A stretch of 62,313 bases of DNA, filler included, from Dugesia japonica (lineage: Eukaryota), in NCBI GenBank assembly GCA_001938525.1. It is 6 parts of 6 records of this genome, joined end to end, with 100 filler letters (N's around TTAATTAATTAA, not from the genome) between each part and the next. Parts side by side here need not be neighbours in the genome. Positions count along the whole stretch, not along the records: positions 1 to 16,974 come from MQRL01638578.1; 5 more parts are not named here. The stretch is one strand, 5' to 3'. Below, piece by piece: positions 1-13,279 of this stretch (positions are counted from its first letter, which is position 1; each line of letters opens with the position of its first letter). Both the position numbers and the translations under genes were made by a program. The notes under the pieces are model-generated. The model did no database searches. It was not told the DNA's origin and worked only from the letters and a program-made list of their open reading frames with translations.

Positions 1-204
1 TATTATTCTTTTATTGATTTGCCACAAAAAATTCCCCGAATCAACCTGTCTATTTAATTTACCTCACAAACATATTTAAACCTTTTTAAATTTTTAAACA
101 ATAATTACGTATGATTTAATTTGATTTTGATAGATTTTTAAAATTGTTTTGTTTTATAGAAATAGATTTAAGTTTTAAAAAATATTGAATTAACGTGTAT
201 TCAG

Positions 205-484
205 TAGCTCATACATATGGCTGATGTTCTAACAACTGCTCGTACTAACAACGTAATTGAAGGATTACATAATGCATTTGCACGGTCAGTTCAGATTTGC
301 ATCTTTGACTCTGCCAATTGTTAAACTCCGTAAGAAACAGGGAATCAATCAACTGAACGCAGAATGTCTGCTAGCGGGGGAAGAAAATCCTCTAAGGAAG
401 AAAAAAATATTGCGATCTAGATCCTTGGCTGCACACTACTGTGCTGGACTACAAAAACCCCACATTAATGGGTTATTCGATTGA
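205..484 (+). mobile_element. Mutator (MULE) transposase C-terminal relic, frameshifted
   Basis: 241-282 translates RTNNVIEGLHNAFA, the MULE RTNNxxEGxH/N catalytic-Glu motif. Another frame continues KLRKKQGINQLNAECLLAGEENPLRKKK. Confidence 0.7.
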
Positions 485-550
485 AATGAAACAATAATAA
501 TTTTTGTTTTACCATAATTTTCTCATTTTTATTTTTCATTAGCAATTAAC

Positions 551-733
551 ATATTTTCCGCAAGATTCCGTGCACCAGCAGATAACGCGCATCTAATTAA
601 TTTTATTGAAAAGATAAAATTAAACACAGCTTTTAAATACAATTATTTTCCTGTGTATAATGCCCAGTCACATTTACTCGAATTTTATATTTTTTGTTTA
701 GATAACACGTGTGGTACCTAGCGGAAAATACTG
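551..733. mobile_element. Small MITE-like element
   Basis: Inverted ends TATTTTCCGC(A)AG ... CTAGCGGAAAATA. Confidence 0.45.
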
Positions 734-939
734 TACATTTTTCTATCTAACCATATATCGTATTTAATATACGTTGCTGATAGCATTGATAAAGTTTAAT
801 TAGCCTATGCGTATCCATATTCCTACAATAATATTGAAAAACATTATCCTTAATTTAAAATTTTTCAGTAATTATTATGTCATAGCAAAACTTTCCAAAT
901 TTGAAATAAAATAAAATATTTTATATTTTTCGTCGTTTC

Positions 940-1495
940 CAGAAAGATAGTTCACCACACATTGTACGCGCCGAATTGGTCGCATCGAATTGCCCTAGAA
1001 ACCAAGTTGGAGTATAGAAAAAGAGTGAAATATTTAAACATCGATGCCTTATCAAGATTGAATAACCAGTTGCGTAAACAATGTATTATCGGACTCACTG
1101 ATGCCAAAACTAGAATAGTCCAAACGCAATTATTAGATATAAATGAAATTACCATTAAATATGAATTGCAGATAAATAATGACGAAATAATTAAAATAAT
1201 AAATCAGATTGATAAGTAAAGAGAGAGTAAAATTTGAATTTTACCATGAAATTGTTTTTAAAAATAATAAAATATATATTCCTAAGAAAAAAAGAAATGA
1301 CATCAATACGGAAATGCACAAAAATTATGTCATAGTTTTCTGAAACGAAAATATTAAATAGAAAACTTTGAATAATATGTAAAGAAAAATATTCAGAATT
1401 GTAGAATATCTCACAAAGGAGAAGTGTATACAATGAAAACAAAAGAAGAATATCTAATATTAGCATCTAATAAACCATTTGAATCTATTTGTCTG
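940..1495 (+). mobile_element. Ty3/gypsy pol relic (RNase H end to integrase N-terminus)
   Basis: LEYRKRVKYLNIDALSRL...KQC matches the EYRKGxxHxNADALSR motif; KPFESICL near 1470-1495. Confidence 0.7.
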
Positions 1496-1909
1496 AGCTC
1501 TGTCTTGTTGCCGTAGTCGGTTTTCATAACCGTTTAAAGTTAAATTATTTAAATTAAATTATCATGGCAGCCACGGCCTACAGGGTTCCAATTTTATTTT
1601 CTTATATCCTTTTTAACTTCTAAACTTATTTTTCAAAGATTACTTTACCAATTATATACAATTTATGATCTAGTATAGGAACAATGAAACACTCTAAAGA
1701 TGTCTATTGTAAAAGTCTATCGAGAGGAGTGACATAAAGAATGTTTACCGACTGGGTGAAATCAACCCCACTGATGCCACTGATTAGACACATTTAATAT
1801 TTAATTTAATTTTTAAAATTCAATACACATCATACGTATCTAATTTGTATTTAATATTACAATAAAAAAAATTCCAAAAATTATATTAAAATTAATTATT
1901 AAATTTTAG

Positions 1910-2430
1910 ATTACAATTCAAATATTGACAATACCAGCCCATTAATTTTAAAATTATCACAGAAAATCAACGAACAAGGTGATATTATCAAGGATCTTGA
2001 ATTAAATTTATGTAGAAAAGATGAAATAATCGATGGATTTAAAACATTTGAAGCAAATCAATATGAGAATAATTATCGGAAAGCCCTGAAAACGTCCAGA
2101 TTAAATCAATGTAAAACCTCACATATTTCCCCATATACACATAGTTTTGTGAGTAAAGAAATGATCTCTTTAGAATCAAGTCCTCAATGGAAAGCTTTAT
2201 CATTATCAGACGAATCTTGGTTTTCTCAAGAAACATTATCGCCACAGAATTTTAATAAATCAACTGATAATAATAATGATAATAATAACGATGATAATAA
2301 TAATAATAATACACCGAAATCCTTCTCCATTTCTTTATCAATGAGAGAAAATAACAAAAGTCTCCTTGGATTACCTACAAATGTTATTCTTAAACATTCA
2401 AAAAATACTTGTTCTCCTGATATTATTTAG
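1910..2430 (+). CDS. Terminal exon of an unidentified host gene (coiled-coil start, Ser/Asn-rich tail)
   Basis: Acceptor aaattttag at 1901-1909, then a stop-free frame 1912-2430 (YNSNIDNTSPLILKLSQKINEQGDIIKDLELNLCRKDEII...CSPDII*) in very AT-rich DNA; AATAAA at 2481. Confidence 0.7.
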
Positions 2431-3026
2431 AATTTTTTCAATACCTAAATCATTTATAAATTTTAACTGTTCAAATGTTTAATAAATTGTTGAAATTTAT
2501 TAGTAAATATAATTTTGTAATATAATATAATTTTAAAAATCTGATTATGAGAATAGACTAAGTCAGTTAATTTTTTTGGTATTTCGACTGAGTATTTTTA
2601 AACGTCAATAATTAAATAAATTTGTTGTCATTTTTGTTTTATTAAATTTTCAATAGATTACAATATTCTTTTAAGTTCATCGATGTGTGTCTCAAACTCA
2701 TTTAACACTGATAAATACACAATCTTTAGTTATATACAATTGATTTCATAATAATTCCAACTGTAATAATACATTCGATTCATTAAANNNNNNNNNCAAT
2801 ATTACTAGATAACTTCTGCTAACAAAGGACTATAGTCACTGTTAATAATAATTAAAATCTTAATCTTAGTGGAAAATTATCGTTATTAAAATATTTAATT
2901 GTTTTTCTGGAAACGTCACAAATATTAAATTAAATAATCACCCAAAGGTTATCAAGTTAAACTTCTCTATTTTTAATAATACTTTGAAAATTATTAAAAC
3001 AACTGAAGAAATTCATTGTATTTTAT

Positions 3027-3210
3027 AATTACAATTATTGTGAGAATAATTGTTGGACTTAACCATTGATCGGATTTGAGATTTCATTNNNNNNNNNNNN
3101 NNNNNNNNNNNNNNNNNNNNNNNNNNNNNNNNNNNNNNTTGAACTTTTTTTACAAATAAATTTTGTTTTGTTTTGATCGAAGCCTTATCTTATTTTAATG
3201 AAATTCATTT
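3027..3210 (-). repeat. Penelope pseudo-LTR tail with inverted arm (N gap in the middle)
   Basis: ATTGTGAGAATAATTGTTGGACTTAACCATTGATCG..TTTGAGATTTCATT, shared with 16912, 19262, 34868, 41562, 44390 and 51491. Confidence 0.7.
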
Positions 3211-3604
3211 TAGTTTCTGTAATTCATGAATAATACCAATTGTATGTAATTATCAAGACCGAGAAGAAGAAAATAAAAATATCAAATATACCAATTTTAT
3301 GAAATGAATACAATTATTTTTTTTATTAACTACCATTGTAGTGATGTGTGAAACTGGTGTATTAGTTGGTGTGAAGATATTTTATACTTATTGTGAGAAT
3401 GATATTTGAGTTGTTTAATTTCAAATTTATATGCGCAATTGAAATATTTATAAAACCTTTGAAACTTAAAATATTTCAAGAAAATAATTAAAATAATTAT
3501 TGCGAATATTAGTTTGAATATTAAAATCTTTCTAATTAGTTTCTTATTTGATAGCAACTTTGTTTTAAATAAATGTTTGATGAGTATAGCGTTATTCTTG
3601 CTAA

Positions 3605-5800
3605 TATTGCGACTAAGCGATGACTCAAACTTAGTAACAGATTTGTTACGCCCTAGACCTTTCACGTTAAGCTACAATCTGGACAGATTCTTGAGAGACG
3701 ATGGTCGATTCTTCAAAGCTGCCAATTTTCCCAAGGATTTACAAGAAATTGTAATCGGTAAAATGATTGACCCGAAGCTTGAAAAAAGATATGAAGCATC
3801 AGAGAACCAAGTCAAGGAGTATGAGGCTAGGCTACGACTACTGGTGTAAAGGCCAAGAGACGTTTGAGAAGACCTAGACAAATTCCTTCGTTACAGGCAG
3901 GGTGATATCGATAATGAGGTATTCTTTCACGACATAGAAAAACTCGCAGATAAACTGCTTAGCCATAATCTGTCAAAAGAGTCGTTAATATTAGCACTCT
4001 TAATAAACGCAATGGCACAGAAGAAGGCAAAGAAAGAGATTCTGACGAAAAAGGTAGCCAAACCGGATGAAATAAGAGGAACTATCAGAGACATTTCAAG
4101 AATTGCCAAAAAGACAAGGAATAACCATGATGCGTAGTTACAAGGAGACATTTTACACGGAACCAAAAAGAACGATACCAAGGATGCAGGAATCAATCTT
4201 CAAAGGACTAAATACCAAAAGAGAGTTCAGAACAGAGAAAGTAGAATGTTAGAACTGTCACAAATTAGGACACATAAGTCGGGAGTAGCCAGACAGAAAG
4301 CCTCCAACATGCTATGCATGTGGAAGTGTAGGTCATATAAAAAGATAAGATTTAAGGTGGAAGTGAGGATTTGCAATTCGACTAAATGGATTAAATTCAT
4401 GATTTTGGAAAAGGTAATTCCTAGCATAATTGGTGACATTGAGTTGCAGACCAGTTTTGGATTAGAAATATATTAGATAGATACAGCAGAAAGAGATAAT
4501 CAAGATTAGATTTGAAATATCGAGCCACATTTTGGAAAAATTAATACAGATGAAGAAAGATATCAAAAAGTTGAGTGAGCAATATAGATTGGAATATGGC
4601 ACAATCAAGGAGTTGATAAGAAAACATTCAAATAAGAAAACATTCAAACAGACAAATGGGACATAGGATGCATAAAACTGGTGAAACATAAAACAGTAAC
4701 AAAAGGAGGACCTATAAATGTTAAGCCATGGAGAACACCTATGAACCTTGAGGATAAAATAAACGAAGGGGTACGTAATCTTTTTGAAAATGGAATTATA
4801 CGAAAGGGCAATTCAACTTGGAACACCCGTTTATATGTATCTGGAAAAAGAAAAAAAATGTTCGTTTCTGTCTGGATTTTCCAATGTCAAATGTGAAAGA
4901 GATTTTAGAACGATTAGCGGTTCAAAATTCTTCAGCTCATTAGATTTATGTAATGCTTACTATCAAGAAGAGTTAGAAGAAGAGTCAAAAGATAAAACAG
5001 CCTTTTCAACAAATTCAGGTCAATAATGTTTCAATAGAATGCCGTTTGGCATTGCTGCAGCCCCTGGGACATTCCAAGAACTCATAACAAAGGATTTAGG
5101 TACAACAACAGGGACAACGGTGTATTTAGACTATATTCTAATATATTCAGAAAACTTGGGAAAGCATTATAAAACACTGGATGAAGTATTTAGTAAAATA
5201 CATTAAGCAGGATTTGAGCCCGTCAAAATGTCAATTGCTAAGTAAAGAGATCAAAATTTTGGTACACATCATAAGTGATAAAGGAGTTTAGACCGATCCA
5301 GCAAAATTGGAGGCAATACAGACATACGAAAGACCCAAATGCGTAAAAGGATTAAGAAGCTTCTTAGAAATATGTTGCTATAACAGAAGATTCATAAAGG
5401 TTACGCAAAGAAGGCTAAAGAACTAGAAAAACTGTGCAGCGTAAATAATAAGTTAATATGGACACAGAGCTACGAAAATTCTTTCAGAGATATGAAAGAA
5501 GCATTGACTAAGCCACCAATTTTAGTGTTTCCAGATGTCAGGAGAGAATTCACACTGGATTAGGATGCAAGCTACAATACAATCGGTGCCGTGTTATCAT
5601 AAATTGACAACAATGGATAAGAAAAGGTCATAGCGTATGGATCACACACAATGAAAAACCACGAATTGGGATATTGTATAACAACAAAGGAGTTGCTGGC
5701 AATATTATATTTTTGCAATCATTTCAGTCACTACTTATATGGACGAAGATTCACTCTACAAACAGATCATAAGGCGATTACGTTTATGTTAACCACAAAG
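3605..5800 (+). mobile_element. Ty3/gypsy element A, decayed gag-pro-RT-RNase H, 3' truncated
   Basis: Two zinc knuckles (C*NCHKLGHISRE, CYACGSVGHI, ~4245-4340); RT motifs LDLCNAYYQ, FNRMPFGIAAAPGTFQ, VYLDYILIY; RNase H motifs DASYNTIGAVL, TDHKAITF; many stops and frameshifts. Confidence 0.92.
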
Positions 5801-6420
5801 TTGCAAATAAAGTAAAAAGAATAATGTTAAAAATCTTTGTGAGGTTCTATATTGAAAATCGAGAACCAGAACATTTAGTATTTTTGAGTTTCTAAGGGTG
5901 TATGGCCAGTGCCAAATTAACTTTTTGTATGCGTGATTTCTAAGACAGTGGTCTCAAACCTGCCGTCTTTAAAGTGTTTAAATTTGACATGCAATGCTTC
6001 ACGGGATTAGCAAAAATTACTTGTCAATAAATACAGCTATACTTTGATTATAAATAATTATAACTACTATTTGAAATATGATTTTATTTTTATTTCATAA
6101 TTATTATTTTTATTTCTCAGTAATTTCAATATGATAAAATATTTTATTAAATACATTAAATTTTAAAAATTCTTTTGTTATAATATTTGTCATCTCCAGA
6201 ATAAATGTTTTAATAATTATTTAGTTTATTTGAGGATAAATTTTCTATGGTTGGAAATAATTAGCATACTACATATACTAAACATATAATATGAATACTA
6301 AAAGGAAATGATTATAAAGAATTTTAACCAATAGAAATGGAATAAAGTGATTAATTTGTTCAAAAATAAACTATTTTTCTAAGATTTAGCTTAGAAATAC
6401 AATAAAAAATAATTCTTTTA

Positions 6421-9270
6421 GTTACAATATCCTTGTCCTCTATCATATTTCAATAACAACTAAGATTAGAATCTTTATTAAATATAAATTATAACGGTTA
6501 TTCTTATTATTCAAACAACGTTATTTCGAATTTCCTTAACTTTCCCCTCCTTCAAAATGTTTTCCATCTTTTTAGCCATTCTATTCTTCTGGTTTTCAAA
6601 CCATTTAAAAACTTGATTTCAACTTGATGTGCTGATACAAATCTCACTATCTCGCATAGGCCTTCATACAGCAAACCGTTTTTCTTTTGTTCTTGTGGTT
6701 TTACTCTGTCTAATACCCATTCTCCATCTTTAAAATATCTTTGTTTTCGCTTATCTTTCTCAAAACTTTTCGTTTTCTGCACCGCATTTTCCAAATTCTG
6801 TCGCACTATCTCTTCTCTGTTTGCCCTTCCTTTTGAGAGCGTTTCGTCTTTAGTATGCAGATTTATCTTTTGACCAAAAACGAATTCGAAAAGAGAAAAC
6901 TTTGTTGACTCCTGAATTGTAGCATCAATACTAAATTCTACTCTCAGTCATAATGTCTCCAAATCTTTCTCATTAAATTTCCCTTTTATTGATATCTTAA
7001 TCAAATCCCTCACTGTTCGGATCTTCCTTTCTACCATTTTAGACTGGTGTTAATATGGGGAACTAAATTCCTGTACAATTCCAAATTTTCCTAGTTTTTT
7101 TGCTATCACTTGACTTTCAAACACTTTACTACTGTCAGTCAGAATGAATTTTGGTTTAAAATTATCATAAAATTCGTCTCTTCATTACATTTTTGAAACT
7201 GCAAATAAGCTGACTAGTTTGCTAAAACGATCAATAAATACCACCATATATTTTTTTCGAGACTTGCTCTCTTCCATAGAAGCTATATTCACTACGATTT
7301 GTTCTAAAGGATTTTAGCTTCTCCACGTTATAAGTGTTTCTTTTGTACGACTTTGTACCACTTTCCTTTTGGCTCACATCTCGTAGTTATCAATACTTGT
7401 ATTAATTATCTCGCACATCCCTGACCAGAAATAACCATCTTGTACGTAAGAAAATAACTTTTTCCTTCCCACATGACATAAATCTTCATGAATTTCTTTT
7501 ATCACTTTATCAACTATGCTTGTTGGAACTACTAACAAAAATTTATTTCCTCTTTCCACTACTAACAAATCATCTACTATTTTCAATTCGTGCTTCAGTT
7601 TATTTTAATAACTACATTAATCACTCATTTTAGTTTCTAAATCTTCTTTTTGCAACATTGCTACACAACTTTGTATTTCTGAAACTTCTGCCTGAGCTTG
7701 TCAAATCATTGTAATAATATCGGTCTTATGTTGAATTCCATTGATGTATTTCACTTTCGCTTTTTCTACTTTTGTGCCTATGTGTTTCATGATACATTGT
7801 GAACATAAACTCTCCTTTAGCCTCGACAACCCTTCCACAATGTTATGTTCTTCGCCTTTTCTATACTTGAGTTAAAATGCATACTCTCCCAAATTCGCCA
7901 TCCACGCCTGGAATTTCGGACTGATTGGTTTCTTTGTGTTGTTCAGAAACACCAATGCTTTATGGTTCGTTCTTATTAGAAATCTCTTTCCATACAGATA
8001 TTGTTTGAATTGTTGTACAAATTTGTGTATAGCTAATAGTTCTTTCCTTGTCAAACAGTATTCTTTTTCATGTGCTGTTAAATGTCTGGATCCAATCGCT
8101 ATTACCACTTCTTTTTACTCTTCGCATTGACTAAGGACTGCACCTATAGCCCCTAAACTAGCGCCAGTGTCTAAAATGAACATCCAATCCTGTCTGGGAT
8201 ATTCTAATATTGGAGCACTATATACCTTGTCTTTTAACGCATTGAACTTGTTCTGGCAAGCTTCTGTCCAAACTAACGATTTGTTGCAACCGGAAGTTGC
8301 TTAATATAAAGGAGCTGCTATCTTTGCATAATCTTTATGAAACGTCTGTAGTAGTTTGTTAGTCCAAGAAACGAACAGAGGTTTGAAGAATATTCTGAAA
8401 CTATAGCATTCTAAATCTCCAGAATCTTAACTTCATTAGTGCGTATATCAGTTGCACTAACTGTATGTCCCAAGAATAATACTTTTTTCTGATAAAACTT
8501 ACATTTATCCGGGTGTATTCTTAACTTCGAGTCTCTAATCCTGTAAATAATTGTCTCTAACATTTTTTCGTGATCCTCCAAAGTTTTTCTTTACACTAGA
8601 ATATCATCCAGATATACAATATCTCCATTGAAAATTACTCCCTCCAATAACTCGTGCATTAACTTTTGAAAAGTGGTCAGTGCTGTAGCTAATTTAAATG
8701 GCATTCTGTTAAATCTGAACTGGCCTTCCTTTGTACTGAAAGCAGTGACATCGCTTGACTTTTCTGATAACTCCACTTGGTAATAAACTTAGCCCAGATC
8801 AATCAATGAAAATAATTTTGAACCAGATAAATAATCTAATAACAACTGAATGTCTGGCATTGGAAAAGAGACTTTTTCTGTCCTCAAATTGACTTGTCCG
8901 TAATCAACACACATTCTTATTGAGTCGTCTATTTTACCCACAATCACTAATGGAGAATTTCAAGGACTATTTTACTTGCTGATTACACCAATCTTTGCTA
9001 ATTCTTTAATCATATCTTCAATTTTCTTTTCTAAATGCATCAGTTGTCTTCTATGGTGCTCTACTATTGGATCTCCTTTTACCTTAACTTCATGTATTAC
9101 TTTTCTAGTATGCCCAATATCAAACTTTGAAGCCATGAATATTTCACCAAAATTCTGGATTAACTGAACCATTTTCCTGTTATCTATTCCTTTAAACAAC
9201 TTCAAAGCGTTATTTTTTCTATCTTCATCAGAATGTATTATCTTCAGACTCTCATTTTCGATGTTATTTA
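6421..9270 (-). mobile_element. Ty3/gypsy element B, decayed RT-RNase H-integrase with PPT and probable 3' LTR
   Basis: FNRMPFKLATA..VYLDDILV; YCLTRKELLAI..TNHKAL; IHEDLCHVGRKK; polypurine tract AGGAGGGGAAA at 6541-6551. The LTR extent (~6421-6540) is uncertain. Confidence 0.92.
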
Positions 9271-9849
9271 TTTATAGATAGTTGCACACTGGAACAGCAC
9301 ACATTCGATTACATCATCCCAGGATTAGTGATGTATTGAAACTTAATCCTAATGCATTTAGTTGGGAATTTAAAAATTGTATCATAAATTGCATCATTAG
9401 GTAACTATTAAATTTCCCCTATGCATTTAGTTGGGAAATATTTTTGCACACAAATTATGTCATGAGATTAATTTCATGGATACAATTATACGTAATAGGA
9501 TTAACTGTTTTTCAATTTTACCCTGTGTATTTAGTCGGAAAAATTTTTACAGGCTTTTTAGACGGTAAAATTTTTTAGGATTTCTAAGCAGCAATATTTT
9601 TTCAGACATGTTAGGTGAAAATTTATTCAGTGAGGTCAAATAAGGTCTATTTTTAGATGGTTCAGTTGAATTTGGTCGAATGTTTTCTCGATGAGGTCAA
9701 ATTAGGTAATTTTTTAATTGGTTTTAGTTAGTTTGGGTAATTACATAATTCTTGTATTACATAATTTGATAATAAAAAAAATATTGATAAAAGATAAAGA
9801 ACTTTGCAACAGAGATCTATTGTCGTTTTCGATCTATTAAAAATCGATT

Positions 9850-9890
9850 ATATTCCTGAAGAAGAAAAGTGTGTCGAAAATTTTAATTTC
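9850..9890 (+). ncRNA. Degenerate minimal hammerhead ribozyme (family 1) in a Penelope pLTR remnant
   Basis: CTGAAGA at 9856-9862 and GTC-GAAA at 9873-9879, followed by the pLTR arm (tttgatcgagga...gaaatc); stems I-III damaged. Confidence 0.55.
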
Positions 9891-10079
9891 TATAAAAATA
9901 CATTTTGTTTTGATCGAGGATTTCTCTTTATTTTGGTGAAATCCTAAAAACACATTCTTTAATAAAAACAAGTAAAATAGTGACGTATTTAACTCAATTC
10001 CTTAAATATCCAGAGACAATAAGTTAGAAATGAAATCAAACAAAATAATAATTGCCAGTAAATACAAATAGTCTTTACA

Positions 10080-10456
10080 AAATAGCCTATAAATAGCCTA
10101 CAAATAGCCTACAAATAGCCTATAAATAGCCTACAAATAGCCTATAAATAGCCTACAAATAGCCTACAAATAGCCTATAAATAGCCTACAAATAGCCNNN
10201 NNNNNNNNNNNNNNNNNNNNNNNNNNNNNNNNNNNNNNNNNNNNNNNAAATAGCCTACAAATAGCCTACAAATAGCCTATAAATAGCCTACAAATAGCCT
10301 ACAAGTAGCCTACAAATAGCCTATAAATAGCCTACAAATAGCCTACAAATAGCCTATAAATAGCCTACAAATAGCCTACAAATAGCCTATAAATAGCCTA
10401 CAAATAGCCTACAAATAGACTATAAATAGCCTACAAATAGCCTACAAATAGCCTAC
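10080..10456. repeat. 11-bp minisatellite AAATAGCCTA(C/T)
   Basis: About 30 visible tandem units, interrupted by an N gap. Confidence 0.97.
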
Positions 10457-11035
10457 TGCAATTTTCTAAAGGAACTAATTCATCCTGGAACTTTCAGAAT
10501 AGAAGATGATGTTTAAAATTTTATTTCGGAAATAACAAAATATTTTGATTTATCGAGAATAAAGAAAAGAATTAGAAATTTATTGGTAGTTGCTTTTCTA
10601 GATAAAGAACTATGAGAAATTTATGAATATATAGGCTCAGAAATGGGACCNNNNNNNNNNNNNNNNNNNNNNNNNNNNNNNNNNNNNNNNNNNNNNNNNN
10701 NNNNNNNNNNNNNNNNNNNNNNNNNNNNNNNGAAAAGTAGAAGATGTATTTAAAAAAATAAAAGATTGGCAAGACATAAAAGATGAAGTAAAGATTGAAA
10801 CTTTTGAGTCTTCTAAATTAAAGTCAAAAAATATATATTAATAATAGTCGAAAAAATATTATTGAGTTATTCCAAAATATAAATAAATTTATCATAAATA
10901 TAAGTAAATTAAATTATAATATAAAACAAAATATTTAAAATGAAAGTTAATTCATGCCAAATATAAATGCAATTTAATATGAACTGGGGTGTGCTAAAGC
11001 GTGCTGTAGTCAAAAGTGCGGGCCGAGTTTTAAAA

Positions 11036-11225
11036 AATAATGATAATAATAATAATAATAATAATANNNNNNNNNNNNNNNNNNNNNNNNNNNNNNNNNN
11101 NNNNNNNNNNNNNNNNNNNNNNNNNNNNNNNNNNNNNNNNNNNNNNNNNNNNNNNNNNNNNNNNNNNNNNNNNNNNNNNNNNNNNNNNNNNNNNNNNNNN
11201 NNNNNNNNNNNNNNNNNNNNNNNNN

Positions 11226-11268
<43 letters not shown>

Positions 11269-11300
11269 TTAATAATAATAATAATAATATAAATAATAAC
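11036..11300. repeat. (AAT)n microsatellite spanning an N gap
   Basis: AAT runs on both sides of the gap. Confidence 0.95.
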
Positions 11301-11879
11301 TGTTTCAATTATTATAAATCATTAATTCAAAAAATATTGATTGATCAATCTACTAATTTCCAGAATAATTTAAATAACCGTATTTATGGAAATAATTAAT
11401 TTTCAATATTAATCTTGTCGAATTACCAATATGAAAACTCAACCACTAAGGCAGATATAACGGAATTAAAAATTCACATATTTTATATTTAATTTCAGTT
11501 ACTAACCAATATAAATTTTTCAAGAGGAATTCATTTCATAATTAATTCATTGTTCAACGAATGCATATATTTCCCAAAAGTCAATTTATTCCGAATAAAA
11601 TATGATCCTAAATTGATTCTAGTTAGCACATAATTGGAAATTCCAATTAAAAAAAAAGCTGGGACAATCTGTTTAATTTTACGAAATCTCACAATTCATA
11701 TATCCTCATAAATGAGGATTTTTCACATCAAAAAACATAATTGTTTGTAATTTATTTTTACAACAAAATTAATGCGGTTTTTTTGGAAATGAGAATAAAA
11801 AAGAAAATCGATTTTCAATAGTAAAATTGAGTTTTATTATTAGAATTATTTTTTTGCTTGTAATAATAATTTGACTAAT

Positions 11880-12439
11880 TTAACCTTCCCGTTTCCGTGT
11901 TGTGTAGGATCTAAAAAAATAATATATCTATTAATACTATATATACATCGTTCAGATCTTTGGTATTTCTCCATTAAACATTTATACATCGAATAAAAAA
12001 TAGAACTAAAAATGGTTTTCTTCATAGATATTTATAAAGAATACATAGCGCAATAAATTCACTAATATTATGGCACACACAGTGCATCTCATATTCGTTG
12101 TGAGAAGTGTAAGGTAATTTCCGTACTAGTTGTCTTCACTCATTCGCTCTTTTCTTACACGTATTTACATAAATGCGTGTGACTGAGCACACTAAGTCGT
12201 AGCGTTTCCGTTGCAACTGATAGTCATTTTGTGCAGGAGTTCTCAAGTGAATCATTGTTTTAGACGATATAGTTTTTTTTATATATAAATTGAATATGTT
12301 GAAATTTTTGTGTTATTTTTTATTTATTTATTTTAATTTATATTCTAAAAATCTCTTCTTTTGTTAAAAAAAATCAATGTCTATAAATTTTTTTTTTTCT
12401 GTAACTGTAATTTTTTTGTTACGGTAAGGCAAAGATTAA
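11880..12439. mobile_element. piggyBac-type non-autonomous element (degenerate)
   Basis: TTAA at both ends (11880-11883, 12436-12439) flanking imperfect TIRs CCTTCCCGTTTCCGT / ACGGTAAGGCAAAGA (10/15 complementary). Confidence 0.4.
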
Positions 12440-12529
12440 AATAGAACTTGAAATAATGGTAATTATAAACTCAAAAAATAATGGTAATTTTTTAAAATAA
12501 ATAATTGACAACCAATTTTTTAAATATTT

Positions 12530-12574
12530 ATTTGCGATCAATTTCGACGGAATAACTGTCATTGTCAGGCAATT
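12530..12574 (-). ncRNA. Minimal hammerhead ribozyme (family 2), one core mutation
   Basis: Minus strand: AUUGC CUGACAA U GACAG UUAUU CCGUC GAAA UUGA UC GCAA; lies ~120 nt downstream of the Penelope GIY-YIG relic on the same strand. Confidence 0.7.
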
Positions 12575-12689
12575 AAAGAATATTAAAATAAACCTTTTAC
12601 AAAATTTAAAAGATTATATAATTTCAATTGTGCAATCTCAATAAAAATTTCAATAAAATAATTTTAAGATCTATGTTGAATCCGTCAAC

Positions 12690-13260
12690 TGAACATTAAG
12701 TTTATGATTTGATGCCCTTGTCAACAAAACTTCACATATCACACTCGCTCTGAATTTTAAAATCAGAACACCTGATTGATTTTAAAAAATTTCCTCCGAT
12801 GCTCAACAATATTACCATTTCCTCTATTTCGACTATGCTCTTGAACTCTGGTGCGGAGATGACGGAAAGTCTCTCCAATATATGTGGCGTTACACCCGTT
12901 ACAATAAAATTGATAGACCAGATCAGAGTACAAGCCTAAAAGGGTTATAGATTTATAATTGAACATATTGAACATATGAGATTGAGATACAACCTTTATA
13001 CTTAAAATATTTTTGAGAGCATTTTCAATCGAAAGTTTGAATTTTTTAAAGCCTTTAGAATAAGGTAAAGATTGAACAATTTTAGGATCTGTTTCTACAA
13101 CCTCAGATACATCAACACTAGACAAGTCACAAATTAAGTTTATTTAAAGTTTCATAAACTAAATTGTCCGTAAACAATTTAGAATACTCATTGTTAAGTA
13201 ATTCTTCAATTGATAATTTATTTTCAAAATCAGAACATTTAATTTCAGATATTTTATTTC
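12690..13260 (-). mobile_element. Penelope-like element 3' part (GIY-YIG endonuclease)
   Basis: LPYSKG...LVYQFYCNGCNATYIGETFRHLRTRVQEH. Confidence 0.92.
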
Positions 13261-13279
13261 AAAATCAGAACTCTAAATT

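Noticed and set aside
10967-11399. ORFs spanning N runs (also at 14012, 28240, 31494, 44102, 54728, 55883)
   Set aside because: They are open only because Ns and (AAT)n contain no stop codons
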